Below, one piece after another: positions 30,728-40,830 of a stretch of 64,000 nucleotides of DNA. The position numbers and the translations under genes are program-made. Numbering within the stretch: the first letter of the stretch is position 1; each line of letters starts with the position of its first letter. Source of the stretch: a virus (Duplodnaviria; Caudoviricetes); the IMG/VR virus record IMGVR_UViG_2974671799_000001, positions 96,001 to 160,000 of that record; one strand, written 5' to 3'. The notes beneath the pieces were generated by a model. That model worked only from the letters and a program-made list of their open reading frames with translations. It was not told the origin of the DNA and searched no databases.

Positions 30728-31420
30728 TTATGAAATTTTTCCAACACCTAAAGATGTTGCAACACTACTACTTTTTAAAATGGTTTCAAAAGCGGGTGCA
30801 AGTCTATCACCAATCAATGAAAATGGTGTAACAAATCGATTTATTGATATTTCATAAGTTTGTTCTAAACTCATATTTTTAGCACTTGGTTCAGGTCTTA
30901 CTAACTCTGAAAATGCCTCATAAAAAGTCTCCCTAAATATATTCTCAACATTCACATAAACATTAGTGGATGAAACTGATATAAAACCACCATTTATCAA
31001 CGATGCTGAAACAAATTTTGAAAATGTTTCTATAAAATTACTCATTAACGTATAATTCCCTTTTTCAAATGTATTAGGAACACCCAATAATCTATTATTC
31101 ATTATATAAATTAAATCAATAGTTAATCCACCTATTAATTGATTTGCTAAACCTTGCGCATTAAATGGTAATGATTTTGTAGCACCATTAGATGTTGTGA
31201 CCACACCTGTTTGTGTATATGATAATAGCTCATTAGAAAAATCATTCGAAAATTTAACAAATTCGTTAGCAAACCCATTTGATGAAGCATTAGAAATATC
31301 ACTAACTGATGAATTTTTAAGAGAAACTTTAGGTGAGAAGTATGAACTAATCGCATTTTTAGATGCTGTTTCAAAAATGCTATTCAACGAAGCTCTAAAA
31401 CCTTGTGTGTTTAATGCCAT
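30728..31420 (-). CDS. Hypothetical protein (possibly virion-associated)
   Basis: 230 aa, starting MALN like the sheath gene and ending GVGKIS; no firm homology. Confidence 0.65.
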   Translation of the reverse strand: MALNTQGFRASLNSIFETASKNAISSYFSPKVSLKNSSVSDISNASSNGFANEFVKFSNDFSNELLSYTQTGVVTTSNGATKSLPFNAQGLANQLIGGLTIDLIYIMNNRLLGVPNTFEKGNYTLMSNFIETFSKFVSASLINGGFISVSSTNVYVNVENIFRETFYEAFSELVRPEPSAKNMSLEQTYEISINRFVTPFSLIGDRLAPAFETILKSSSVATSLGVGKIS

Positions 31421-31423
31421 ACC

Positions 31424-32020
31424 TTAAAATTTTAAAAATGAAGGAAATAACTCATTACCAATAACTCGTATTCCACTATTCTCTAAATGTTTCATATAAT
31501 CTTTCTCAGTCCTTCCAAACATATTATTGAACCTACTTTCAACAACTTCGGGCATTAAGAAATAATACACTAAATCAGTTTTCGTATATCCTGATTTAAT
31601 ATAGTCCGCATATTCCTGAATATGGAAATTAAATGTTGGTGTTGAGTATATAATTAAATTACTCTGTTCAAGCACACTATTTGAAAGATTTTGTAAATAT
31701 TCGTGGAAGTAAATTTTTCTATTACTCAATAACTGATTAATGATGAAAAGTTCATCGATAAAAATATCAACCTTTTTATACTTATTATCTATCATAAATT
31801 TTTCACCACCTCTTGCGAAATTATGGTCAGCTAATTGTTCAGCACCTTTAATAATACATTTTCTCATACCACCTCTTCGAATAACATCTTCGAATTTTTT
31901 AACAGAAGCTCTATTATAAGTGATAATTAGACAAGCATCAGCAGTACTATTATTAACACCTTCAATAATAGATGTTGTTTTACCCACTTGTCTTTCGACA
32001 ATATAATGTTTAATATTCAT
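31424..32020 (-). CDS. Small P-loop protein resembling a terminase ATPase N-domain
   Basis: ERQVGKTT near the N-terminus, Walker B-like IFIDE, and IIYSTP (motif III-like). Confidence 0.6.
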   Translation of the reverse strand: MNIKHYIVERQVGKTTSIIEGVNNSTADACLIITYNRASVKKFEDVIRRGGMRKCIIKGAEQLADHNFARGGEKFMIDNKYKKVDIFIDELFIINQLLSNRKIYFHEYLQNLSNSVLEQSNLIIYSTPTFNFHIQEYADYIKSGYTKTDLVYYFLMPEVVESRFNNMFGRTEKDYMKHLENSGIRVIGNELFPSFLKF

Positions 32021-32024
32021 ATAT

Positions 32025-32297
32025 TTAAGTTTTTACGTTTACGTTTTTGATATTCATTCCTGTTTTGAATGAATCTTCATATTGTAGATTATTAATTACT
32101 CTAGTGAAATTTTCACCAACTATTTCGCCATTTTTATTTTCACAAAATGATGCACCCATACAGCAATAAAATTTATGGTCTTTCGGTATTTGCTTTTTAA
32201 TAGCGTCATTTATAAGTGGTTCATATTTATCAATTATAGCATCTATTTCTGATTGTGCCTCATTGATTAACCTTTTTACTTTACTAGAATTATACAT
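32025..32297 (-). CDS. Hypothetical protein
   Basis: 90 aa; TATATTTG -7 element at 32314-32321 on the minus strand. Confidence 0.65.
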   Translation of the reverse strand: MYNSSKVKRLINEAQSEIDAIIDKYEPLINDAIKKQIPKDHKFYCCMGASFCENKNGEIVGENFTRVINNLQYEDSFKTGMNIKNVNVKT

Positions 32298-32313
32298 TAT
32301 AATTATTTTTTCG

Positions 32314-32376
32314 CAAATATAATAAAAAATTTTTTAATAAAAAGTTTGTTTTGTAATATTTTAAGTATTAAGTTTG
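32314..32376. promoter_or_regulatory. Divergent host-type promoters
   Basis: Plus: TTTG(32345)-N20-TAAGTTTG(32369); minus: TATATTTG(32314-32321). Confidence 0.65.
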
Positions 32377-32400
32377 TATCGAATTAAAAAACATTTAAAA

Positions 32401-33009
32401 ATGGAAACAATATTTGAAAAAATTGAAGATTTAAAAAGACAAATTTCTGATAAAGAGGATTTATTGGAGACTTTAAAGAAATTATTCAAGGAAGAAAACC
32501 CATTCTTTCAAGATAATTATGATTTAAGAGAATTATATAATAGTGATACAATTATTTTCGAATCATATCTAAAAACATTTGTTGATTTAGTTAGTAAAGA
32601 TTACACACCTAGTCGAGATTCATTCTATGTACAAACATTCGGGAGTTGCTTTCCGAGACACGAACCTAGAAATAGAACAAGTGATATCAGTAAGAATTAT
32701 ATAACTTTTGAGATAGGTCAAAGCACAATGTATGAAAGGGTTGCATATGGTAGAACTTACGAAGAAATTGTTAAATTTATAACTTTACAAACAAGACCGA
32801 TTCGTGAAATTTGGGTTAAGTGTTTAAATAGGAAAAGTGATTTCAATTTTTCTTTGGAAGAGTTCAAAAAGTTATTAATTGATGGTGATTCAAAAACTTT
32901 AGAATATTTTAATGAGTTCATTGAATATAAATCGCTACCTTTGCATTCAATATTAGACGTAGATTATGAATTTAACATTTTTATAGCATATTATGAGCAA
33001 CGAAATTAA
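32401..33009 (+). CDS. Hypothetical protein
   Basis: The track start (32374) lies inside the promoter; ATG at 32401 (METIFEK) preferred. Confidence 0.7.
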   Translation: METIFEKIEDLKRQISDKEDLLETLKKLFKEENPFFQDNYDLRELYNSDTIIFESYLKTFVDLVSKDYTPSRDSFYVQTFGSCFPRHEPRNRTSDISKNYITFEIGQSTMYERVAYGRTYEEIVKFITLQTRPIREIWVKCLNRKSDFNFSLEEFKKLLIDGDSKTLEYFNEFIEYKSLPLHSILDVDYEFNIFIAYYEQRN

Positions 33010-35203
33010 GACAAGCATTAATCAAGGAACAGACTATAATGGCAACCCTACTTGGTTGGAACGTCAACAGGAAATGTTGGAAGATGAAGAAAATAAACTA
33101 AAATCTTCTGATGTTGATTTCTCACAACTTTCCGAAGCAGAACTAAATGAATGTTTGGTTAAGGCTGTTAGAAACATTATGAGTTGGCAAAACATCAAAA
33201 AAGACCGTTTAAAGCGACAAATTAAAGTTTGTATGCATATCATTAAGGCAATAGTTAAAGGTAAGAAAACATTTGTTGTTTCAGCACCAACAGGATTCGG
33301 TAAAACAATACTTGGATTAATGATTGATGAGTTTCTAAGGAATGCAGAAGATAAATTAAATGGTGAGGTTTTCGGGTCTTATATTTTAACACCTAACAAA
33401 TTCTTACAAGACCAATACAATGATGATTTGATTAGGTTTAATTTATCAAAAACTCATGCACAAGTAAAAGGACAATCAAACTATCCATGCTTAGAAAATA
33501 GAGAATTAACATTTGCAACAAGACCTTGTTCAAAGATTTCAATTTCGAAACTACCTAAGAAAATGTCTTGTGGTGAAATATGCCCATATGTTGTTGCTAG
33601 GAATAAAGCAATTTTAACTAAGACAACAATTTTCAATTATAACTACTATCTATCACAAATGAATAGTGTATTCCCAAAGTTACAAGGTGGTGCGCCTTTC
33701 AAACCTAGAACTGTTAGTATTTTTGATGAGTGTCATACAATGCCAAGCATTTTACAAGAAACATTCCAAAAGGAATATGAATTTTCTAAAATGGCTTATG
33801 AAATCCAAAGTAAGCTAAACCTTATAGAAAGTATGTATGGTGGTATTGTTTCAGACTATAGTAATGAACCAAAGTATAAAGAAATGATATCAAAGGTTCA
33901 GCAATTTATTGGATGGTTGGAAAAATCGGAAGTATTATTTTTAGAATTATGTGATAAGTCTTCTAGAGAAGATAATCCTTCAATGATGAATGAGAGACTT
34001 ATGAAAGTTATTTCAGTTGCAACAACTGGTTTAAACCATGTTCTTAAACTTTATACAGAAATTGTACAAGATAATTTTCCCGAAGAACAAATAGGAATTG
34101 AAATTGAATATACTGACGAGCAACAAAGTATTTTAGACCATATCGAATACTTATCAGAAATTATTGAAAGTAATGAATATCTAGAATTTCAAAATAAAAA
34201 GATTGGTTTACAGTATATGGTAGTTGATACTAAAGTTATTCAACAAAAAGAAGGTAAGTCTAAAAAGGTTGCTGTTTTCAGATGTGAAAAGACAGACGAT
34301 TTAAGTAAATTTCATGTTAATAGATTTTTAAATTATTCTGTTTTCATGTCCGCAACAATCGGTGACTCTCATAAAGAACTAATGCAATTTGCTGACGATT
34401 TAGGATTAGAAGATGTTCAAACTATTATCAATCAGTCTGATTTTGATTTCACAAAATCTCCAATTGTTCAGTTCGACCCACCTTTGAAACTAAATTTCAA
34501 AGAAAAAGAAACCAACCTTCCTAAAGTAATTAAAAGAATTGTTGATATTTCTCAATATCACCCTAAAGTTACTGGTTTGATTCATACAGGTAATTATGAG
34601 TTTCAAGATGCTTTAAAGGAATATTTAGAAAATAATGGTTTGGATGATAGATTTATTTTCTGTACAAACAATAAAGATAAGATGGAAGGTATAAGACAAA
34701 TAAACTGGGATTTGGAACACGCAGGATGGTCAAACAGAATCCTTGTTGGTGCTTCACTTTTAGAGGGTGTTGATTTAAAGGGTGATTTATGTAGATTTAA
34801 TATCTTTATGAAAGTTCCATACTTATCACTAGGTGATACACTTGTTAGACGTAAAATGAACAGGATTAAAACATGGTATGGATGGCAAACAATGATTTCA
34901 TTTTTACAGGGTATCGGTAGAGGTGTTAGAGCAAAAGATGATTGGTGTGTAACATATTTATTAGATGGTTCGTTTAAAGGATTCTTTTATAACTATGGTA
35001 TTTTACCAAGTATAATTAGAACAAGGTTGAGAAACACAACAATTTTTCAATATTTTCATGGAATGAATAAGGAAATAGTTTCACCACCACCAACACCACC
35101 ATTACCACCATTAGATGATACAGCCGAAAAAATACTTGACGAAGAGTATAAAGAGCTTAAACCGTTAGATATGTTTAGTGGTCTTTCAGGCGATTATGAA
35201 TAA
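32993..35203 (+). CDS. DinG/XPD-family SF2 DNA helicase
   Basis: APTGFGKT, Fe-S-type cysteines (NYPC..RPC..SCGEICPY), FDECH, MSAT, EGVD, KVPY and QGIGRGVR. Confidence 0.9.
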   Translation: MSNEIKTSINQGTDYNGNPTWLERQQEMLEDEENKLKSSDVDFSQLSEAELNECLVKAVRNIMSWQNIKKDRLKRQIKVCMHIIKAIVKGKKTFVVSAPTGFGKTILGLMIDEFLRNAEDKLNGEVFGSYILTPNKFLQDQYNDDLIRFNLSKTHAQVKGQSNYPCLENRELTFATRPCSKISISKLPKKMSCGEICPYVVARNKAILTKTTIFNYNYYLSQMNSVFPKLQGGAPFKPRTVSIFDECHTMPSILQETFQKEYEFSKMAYEIQSKLNLIESMYGGIVSDYSNEPKYKEMISKVQQFIGWLEKSEVLFLELCDKSSREDNPSMMNERLMKVISVATTGLNHVLKLYTEIVQDNFPEEQIGIEIEYTDEQQSILDHIEYLSEIIESNEYLEFQNKKIGLQYMVVDTKVIQQKEGKSKKVAVFRCEKTDDLSKFHVNRFLNYSVFMSATIGDSHKELMQFADDLGLEDVQTIINQSDFDFTKSPIVQFDPPLKLNFKEKETNLPKVIKRIVDISQYHPKVTGLIHTGNYEFQDALKEYLENNGLDDRFIFCTNNKDKMEGIRQINWDLEHAGWSNRILVGASLLEGVDLKGDLCRFNIFMKVPYLSLGDTLVRRKMNRIKTWYGWQTMISFLQGIGRGVRAKDDWCVTYLLDGSFKGFFYNYGILPSIIRTRLRNTTIFQYFHGMNKEIVSPPPTPPLPPLDDTAEKILDEEYKELKPLDMFSGLSGDYE

Positions 35204-35221
35204 AAATAAAATCCGTTTCAG

Positions 35222-35252
35222 TTTGTTGAAACGGATTTTTTGTATATATTTG
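35222..35252 (+). promoter_or_regulatory. Host-type promoter overlapping the helicase terminator
   Basis: TTTG-N19-TATATTTG; hairpin AAAATCCGTTTCA/TGAAACGGATTTT at ~35208-35241. Confidence 0.65.
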
Positions 35253-35273
35253 TCAAAAATAAATTTAATAAAA

Positions 35274-36089
35274 ATGAATCTATTAGATAAATTTAATAAT
35301 GTTACTGTAAATAATAGTACTCGAATAAAATCAGATGTTTTAGCCAAGCTTAAAGAATATGAGTCTTTCATGAACATAAAAATAAATGAACTGGAAGACC
35401 AAATAAAGTACCTAAAATCGTATAATGGTTATGATGGTACTTATTTTAAAAATGTTATTGATGAATTGGAGTTTAGAATTTTGACTAGAAAAAGAGATTT
35501 TTTATCTAAATCTGTTGATTGTATTGAGGAAAATTACTTTTTTAAGTTTGATTACTATAAAAGGTTTCAATATAATAGGAATTTAGATAGTTTAGAAACT
35601 CTTAATAAAATGTATATAACGGTTGAATCTGTTTTAGATAATCTTTTCAAAATGACAGAAAATAAATCATTAGAAGTCTATGAAAAGGAATATCTTAAAA
35701 AAGATTTCAAAGAAACATTTAAAAGTGGTAGAAGTTGGGATGAAACAGAATTTTCATTTGCTAAAAATGGTACAGTATCATTAACAAATTCATGTTATTT
35801 ACATACTCATTATGGTGGTGATACAGTAATAACATCAAGTAACTTGAAAATAGAATGTTTATTTAGAGCAATCAATTTATTCATTAATGATAGTGTTGAT
35901 TTACCAAAGGTTTTTGCAGAATATGCTATAGAAACTAGTAATGGTAATTTAGAATTAGAAAGAAAGTATAAACCTGATGATGATTCAATTCTTTGTAAAA
36001 TTGATATGAACCTAAATTCTACAATTAAATTTAGATTTACTGACGCTCAAAATGCTAAAAAATTTCTAGAATTTTATGATTTTGCTTAA
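35274..36089 (+). CDS. Hypothetical protein
   Basis: Start moved to ATG 35274 (MNLLDKF), downstream of the promoter. Confidence 0.7.
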   Translation: MNLLDKFNNVTVNNSTRIKSDVLAKLKEYESFMNIKINELEDQIKYLKSYNGYDGTYFKNVIDELEFRILTRKRDFLSKSVDCIEENYFFKFDYYKRFQYNRNLDSLETLNKMYITVESVLDNLFKMTENKSLEVYEKEYLKKDFKETFKSGRSWDETEFSFAKNGTVSLTNSCYLHTHYGGDTVITSSNLKIECLFRAINLFINDSVDLPKVFAEYAIETSNGNLELERKYKPDDDSILCKIDMNLNSTIKFRFTDAQNAKKFLEFYDFA

Positions 36090-36121
36090 TAAACTATAAA
36101 TATTCTAAACATTTTTAGATA

Positions 36122-36904
36122 ATGAACATTACAGAATACTTAGAAAATATTACAGAAACAAAGACCTCATGTTCATGTGGTCTTGTTTTTCAAGTTGAAG
36201 AGGCTTTAGATGGTGATTTAATTGATAAGAAAGGATATGATTTAAACGGTCGTTTCAAGTACTGGAACACAAAACTTTTCAAATCAAAGTTAAAAATAGA
36301 AGGTGGTATTAAATTTGGTAGAACAACTAAAAATGCTACTGGAACAACAACATCTTTAGTTATTAGGGATAAGAGAAATAAGAAAGTTTTCACATCTGTT
36401 AGAGAAACAAAAGTTGTAATATCTAATAAGATGAATTATACACAAGAAACTTTGGATAAAGTTTTGATACATGAATTAATTCACGTATATTTTGACGAAG
36501 TTAAAATGTATGATGAAGGTCACGGTAATAACTTTAAGAAGTTAGCTAGTGAGATTTCTAAACACATTGGGTTCGAGATTCCGTTAAAAGATAATTTTTC
36601 AGAGATTGATACTGATGTTGTTAAACCAAAAGAAGTTGGTGTTATTGTTTATGAATTTCCGCATAAAACAAATGTTACATTCATGAGCGTAAATGCATAT
36701 GATAAACATATTGCTGAATGGGAATTGGCAACATTACCAAAATATAATCTTGGTGAAGTTAAAATAACTCACGGTATAGCAAAAACATTATTAGGAGATA
36801 AATACCCTAAAGTAAGAAACCTTAAAAAATTAGCTTTATATCCAATAAGCACAGATGATGCATTGAATATGCCTTGGGTTAAAGCAGAAGAATTATTTTT
36901 ATAA
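36122..36904 (+). CDS. SprT-like zinc metallopeptidase
   Basis: VLIHELIH followed by GHGNNFK (SprT HExxH...HG..F); TATAAATA upstream. Confidence 0.8.
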   Translation: MNITEYLENITETKTSCSCGLVFQVEEALDGDLIDKKGYDLNGRFKYWNTKLFKSKLKIEGGIKFGRTTKNATGTTTSLVIRDKRNKKVFTSVRETKVVISNKMNYTQETLDKVLIHELIHVYFDEVKMYDEGHGNNFKKLASEISKHIGFEIPLKDNFSEIDTDVVKPKEVGVIVYEFPHKTNVTFMSVNAYDKHIAEWELATLPKYNLGEVKITHGIAKTLLGDKYPKVRNLKKLALYPISTDDALNMPWVKAEELFL

Positions 36905-37521
36905 TGTTAGGTTTAGAAAGATATATCATAGAATCTTTACAAGATGTAAAAACTATGAAGACGTTTAAAAAATGGTTTGGTAAGTCAAAACTTAAAAACA
37001 AAGATGGTTCACCAAAGGTTATGTATCACGGAACAAGAGCTGAATTTAATGAATTTAGAGTTAATAATGAACTTGGCGCGCATTTTGGTGATGAGGAAGC
37101 CGCGAACGCAATACTATATGGTTCAAGTGGTAAGATAATGGAAGTTTACCTTAGATGCGAGAATCCAATTAGAGTTGATGATATGTTAGCTTTTGATTTC
37201 CCTACATTATGTGAATATTTTGAAGAAGATGAACCGAATAAATTACCAAAGGAAGAACTTGAAAAAATATTGGAGTTTAAAAAGGAATGGATAGCAATTG
37301 AGTTTAATTCACCACAAGAAATAAGAAAATCTGAAAGGATGGAAAAAGAGGGTGAAATGATGTTTGTTAATTTGTTTAAGAAAATGGGTCACGATTCTGT
37401 AGTTTACAGAAATCAAAGAGAAGGTAAAGCTGATTCATATATTATTTTTGACCCAAATCAAGTAAAATCAATTTATAATGAAGGAAAATTTAGTAGAAAA
37501 GATAACAACATCTATAAGTAA
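36904..37521 (+). CDS. ADP-ribosyltransferase-like protein (ART-PolyVal type), copy 1
   Basis: FKKWFG.SK, YHGT, GAHFG, VYL..ENP and GHDSVVYRNQRE...YIIFDPNQVKS. Confidence 0.7.
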   Translation: MLGLERYIIESLQDVKTMKTFKKWFGKSKLKNKDGSPKVMYHGTRAEFNEFRVNNELGAHFGDEEAANAILYGSSGKIMEVYLRCENPIRVDDMLAFDFPTLCEYFEEDEPNKLPKEELEKILEFKKEWIAIEFNSPQEIRKSERMEKEGEMMFVNLFKKMGHDSVVYRNQREGKADSYIIFDPNQVKSIYNEGKFSRKDNNIYK

Positions 37522-38008
37522 AAAAGAATGGTTAAAAAACTCAATGATTAAGAAACCAGTTTTTCACGGAACAGGTACTTACTTTGAGATTTTCAATACT
37601 GATACTAAAACTGAATTTGGTTCACATTTCGGAACATTGGAGTGTGCAAAGTATGTAGCATATAGGAGAAGTAAAAGTCCTATAATATTGAATGTTTTTC
37701 TTAATTTAGAGAATGTTTATGAATTACCCGACTTAGGAAAGTTTACTATCGAAAGAGTTCTTAACCAATTACATAAAGATGGTATTTTCACTAAAGATGA
37801 AATTATTGAATACAATCAACTAAATGATGATGTTAAATTAGGTCTTATTAAAAAAGACTTGGTTAAAAATCATAATATTGATGGTTTCAAGTATATAAAT
37901 AATAGAGAAGATAATGGAAACTTCTCTTACATAGCATTTTACCCAAATCAGATAAAATCTATTTTCGGTGAAATGACAAACCCAGTATTAACAAATTTTT
38001 ATAAGTAA
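37478..38008 (+). CDS. ADP-ribosyltransferase-like protein (ART-PolyVal type), copy 2
   Basis: FHGT, GSHFG, VFLNLEN and DGFKYINNRE...YIAFYPNQIKS; paralog of the upstream gene with a 44-bp overlap. Confidence 0.7.
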   Translation: MKENLVEKITTSISKKEWLKNSMIKKPVFHGTGTYFEIFNTDTKTEFGSHFGTLECAKYVAYRRSKSPIILNVFLNLENVYELPDLGKFTIERVLNQLHKDGIFTKDEIIEYNQLNDDVKLGLIKKDLVKNHNIDGFKYINNREDNGNFSYIAFYPNQIKSIFGEMTNPVLTNFYK

Positions 38009-38160
38009 AGTATGAAAAAAGATTTAAGTTGGGATTTGAATTGGAATGTAATCGATTCAAATCAAATAAAAGGTATTGATGAATTAGTATAAAAGATACG
38101 GATTTTGTGGTTTCTTATTTGGAACTATATAAAAAATCTCACATTAAATTGTGGGATTTT

Positions 38161-38191
38161 TTTGTTTTTAAGTATTTTTGTATTATATTTG
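38161..38191 (+). promoter_or_regulatory. Host-type promoter
   Basis: TTTG-N19-TATATTTG, preceded by a terminator-like hairpin at ~38131-38163. Confidence 0.7.
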
Positions 38192-38214
38192 CGCAAACTA
38201 AAAATATTTTTTAT

Positions 38215-39789
38215 ATGATTTTAAACCAAAAGAAACACGACCCATCAAAGTACGTTTTTGTTATTGACGGAAATTATTTGATGTCAAGAATGGCATTTGC
38301 TACTGGTCTAGACTTCTTTAAAAATCCTACATCAGACTCTAAAGAGTATTTTAAAGCATTGTGTAGTGGTTTTTCTAAATTAGTCACAGATTATATAGAT
38401 GCTATAGATGATGTTAAAATAGCAATAGATGGTTACTCATGGCGTAAGAAAGTGAAAATGATAGTACCTGAAATTTATAATGATTTACCAGTTGATAAAA
38501 GGACTTATAAAGCAAATCGTAACGTGGATGAAGTACCTATGGATATGAAAGTTGTAAAAACTGTATTCAATGACTTTGCTGATATGATGAAAGAAAAGTA
38601 TAACGTTCCAAAACTTTTAGCAGATAATGCCGAGGGTGATGATTTTCTTTATTATGCTATCAAAAAGGAAATTGAAAATGGTAGAAAAGTTCTTTTATAT
38701 ACATCCGATGGTGATGCACATCAATTAGCAAATGAAAATGTATTCATTCTAAAACAGATGCCAAACGATAGACCTAATAAATTGGTAATGTGTGAGAGTA
38801 AAAAAGATGAATTTTACCCAAATCATGGAAAGGAAACATCAGCTTTAGAAAGTTATTTTGGTGCTAATGATATTAAAACTTCTGATAATCTAGTTAAATA
38901 CTTTAAAGAAGATGATATCATGGTCGCAACACCTGCTGAATTTCTACTTCTTAAATCTATGAGTGGTGATAAAAAAGATAATATACCACCAACATTTGCG
39001 TGGAAAAAACAAGATAAAAATGGTCAGTTAAAAGAGTTCAAACCAACAATGATGTTTATCAAAAAAGGTCTTGAACGCATGGGTAAAACTATAGAAGATG
39101 TGACAGTTAAAGATTTATTCGACCCTAATTTTGTTAAGGATATTTGTGTAAATACTTTAAAATCAACACCTTTAATTGACAAGGTTAATGATTTTAAGAG
39201 GCAGTATAAAGAAAATATGAAGCACGTTTTCGATAAGAAGGGTGATTTCAATCAAATGTTGATAGATACTGTTTTGGGTTCAGAAGAAAAGGTTTTAGCA
39301 CCATTATACACAAATACAAAATTGGATGGAACTGTTTTAAGACCAACATTATCTCAATTGGAATATGCTTTAGAGGTTACAGAAATTTATATGAATAATA
39401 ACCCTGAAAGTAAGATTAAGTTGGAGCTAAAGAACAATGCATTCATTCAAAAGTTTTGTGAAGTTATGCATGAATCACATCCATTAATGCGTGATATAGA
39501 TTTAATCGTTAAAATTTTCATACAAAATAGAACTTTACTATATTTGAATGATAAAACTATTCCTGATTATGTTTTAAAGCAAATGGATGATTGTTACGAA
39601 TCTCAATCTAATTTGAGGTGTGAGGTTAGTGTTATTTCGGATTTCAAAAACTTAATTTCAACAGCACCAGTATCTGAAAGTATGTTTGATGCTATAGATG
39701 ATGATGTTGAAGATGAAGAAAGTGATGTTACAGAAGAGGAATTAGATGATTTATTAGGTGGTATTAGTGGTTTTGAAACTATGTTTTAG
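38215..39789 (+). CDS. rnh: RNase H / 5'-3' exonuclease (T4 rnh, FEN-like)
   Basis: VIDGNYL, IAIDG.SWR, YKANR, AEGDD, TSDGD..QL and GDKKDNIP; start moved to ATG 38215. Confidence 0.85.
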   Translation: MILNQKKHDPSKYVFVIDGNYLMSRMAFATGLDFFKNPTSDSKEYFKALCSGFSKLVTDYIDAIDDVKIAIDGYSWRKKVKMIVPEIYNDLPVDKRTYKANRNVDEVPMDMKVVKTVFNDFADMMKEKYNVPKLLADNAEGDDFLYYAIKKEIENGRKVLLYTSDGDAHQLANENVFILKQMPNDRPNKLVMCESKKDEFYPNHGKETSALESYFGANDIKTSDNLVKYFKEDDIMVATPAEFLLLKSMSGDKKDNIPPTFAWKKQDKNGQLKEFKPTMMFIKKGLERMGKTIEDVTVKDLFDPNFVKDICVNTLKSTPLIDKVNDFKRQYKENMKHVFDKKGDFNQMLIDTVLGSEEKVLAPLYTNTKLDGTVLRPTLSQLEYALEVTEIYMNNNPESKIKLELKNNAFIQKFCEVMHESHPLMRDIDLIVKIFIQNRTLLYLNDKTIPDYVLKQMDDCYESQSNLRCEVSVISDFKNLISTAPVSESMFDAIDDDVEDEESDVTEEELDDLLGGISGFETMF

Positions 39790-39792
39790 GAT

Positions 39793-40332
39793 ATGAATAG
39801 AAATTTAACTAAAGTAGGTGTAGATGTTGATGGTGTTTTCCTCGACTTCTACAGACACCTTTGTAATCGCAAAGGAATTGATATGATGATGCTTGATGAG
39901 TGGACTAATGATGAAATTAATGAAGTGTTTTATTCGATAATAGGTGATAATGAATTTTGGCAGACAATTCCTGCATTAAATATTCCTGAAATAATAACAT
40001 TTGATTTTGATTATTATATCACAGCATTACCACCCGAACATGAAAATGATAGGAAAATAAATCTAAGAAATTTAGGATTTCCTGATAAACCAATTATTGT
40101 TTCTATTGATAAGGTTAATGATTGTATTAAGCATGGTATTGGTTTAATAATTGATGATAAAATAAGCACTATTGAGGAATGTAACAATGCAGGTTTAGAA
40201 ACTATACATTATAAACCTAATTACTATACTCATAAATATGCAGAAGGTTACCCATCAGTAAGAAGTATGTTAAAAGTTGGTCAATTAGTAAAGCAATTTC
40301 AGGCAAGAAATAAGAACACAAATAATGTATAA
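39793..40332 (+). CDS. HAD-family 5'(3')-deoxyribonucleotidase-like protein
   Basis: DVDGV motif I, YIT motif II, K, and IIDD motif IV. Confidence 0.8.
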   Translation: MNRNLTKVGVDVDGVFLDFYRHLCNRKGIDMMMLDEWTNDEINEVFYSIIGDNEFWQTIPALNIPEIITFDFDYYITALPPEHENDRKINLRNLGFPDKPIIVSIDKVNDCIKHGIGLIIDDKISTIEECNNAGLETIHYKPNYYTHKYAEGYPSVRSMLKVGQLVKQFQARNKNTNNV

Positions 40333-40334
40333 GT

Positions 40335-40808
40335 ATGAATATTTTAAACCAAGAAAAAACCGATACTATTACTAAAATTTCATGGAATGATTTTTTGGAA
40401 GCATTCTTTATTAAGAAAAGTATCTATAAAAAGTTAACACCTAAAGCTAAAGAAGAACATCATTTTATGTTATGTAGAACATTAGCTAAAAAAGACCCTA
40501 TTTATATCAATAAATTACAAGAATATAAACATTGGACTATTATAGATATGCTTCACAGAAAATATTATAATGGTAAAGTTATTCCTAATTTTGTGTTTTT
40601 ATCAAATAAACAAGGTAAGAAAATAGATGTTTTAAAGGAGTTTAAAGAAAATGTTATCGAATACTACTTAAAAATAAATAACATTGAAATAAAGTCATTA
40701 AAAAGGCTTTGTGAGCTTTACCCCGATGATATGAAAGTAGAGTTAAAAGAGATAGATAAAATTCTTAATTCTAAAATCAGAAAATTAAAAGGACAAAAAG
40801 TAAAATAA
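40335..40808 (+). CDS. Hypothetical protein, possibly clamp-loader small subunit (gp62-like)
   Basis: Helical; FMLCRTLA segment reminiscent of gp62; weak evidence. Confidence 0.35.
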   Translation: MNILNQEKTDTITKISWNDFLEAFFIKKSIYKKLTPKAKEEHHFMLCRTLAKKDPIYINKLQEYKHWTIIDMLHRKYYNGKVIPNFVFLSNKQGKKIDVLKEFKENVIEYYLKINNIEIKSLKRLCELYPDDMKVELKEIDKILNSKIRKLKGQKVK

Positions 40809-40830
40809 AAAGCCCCATTCGGGGCTTTTT
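40807..40830. terminator. Bidirectional terminator
   Basis: AAAAGCCCC-ATTC-GGGGCTTTTT between convergent genes. Confidence 0.85.
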
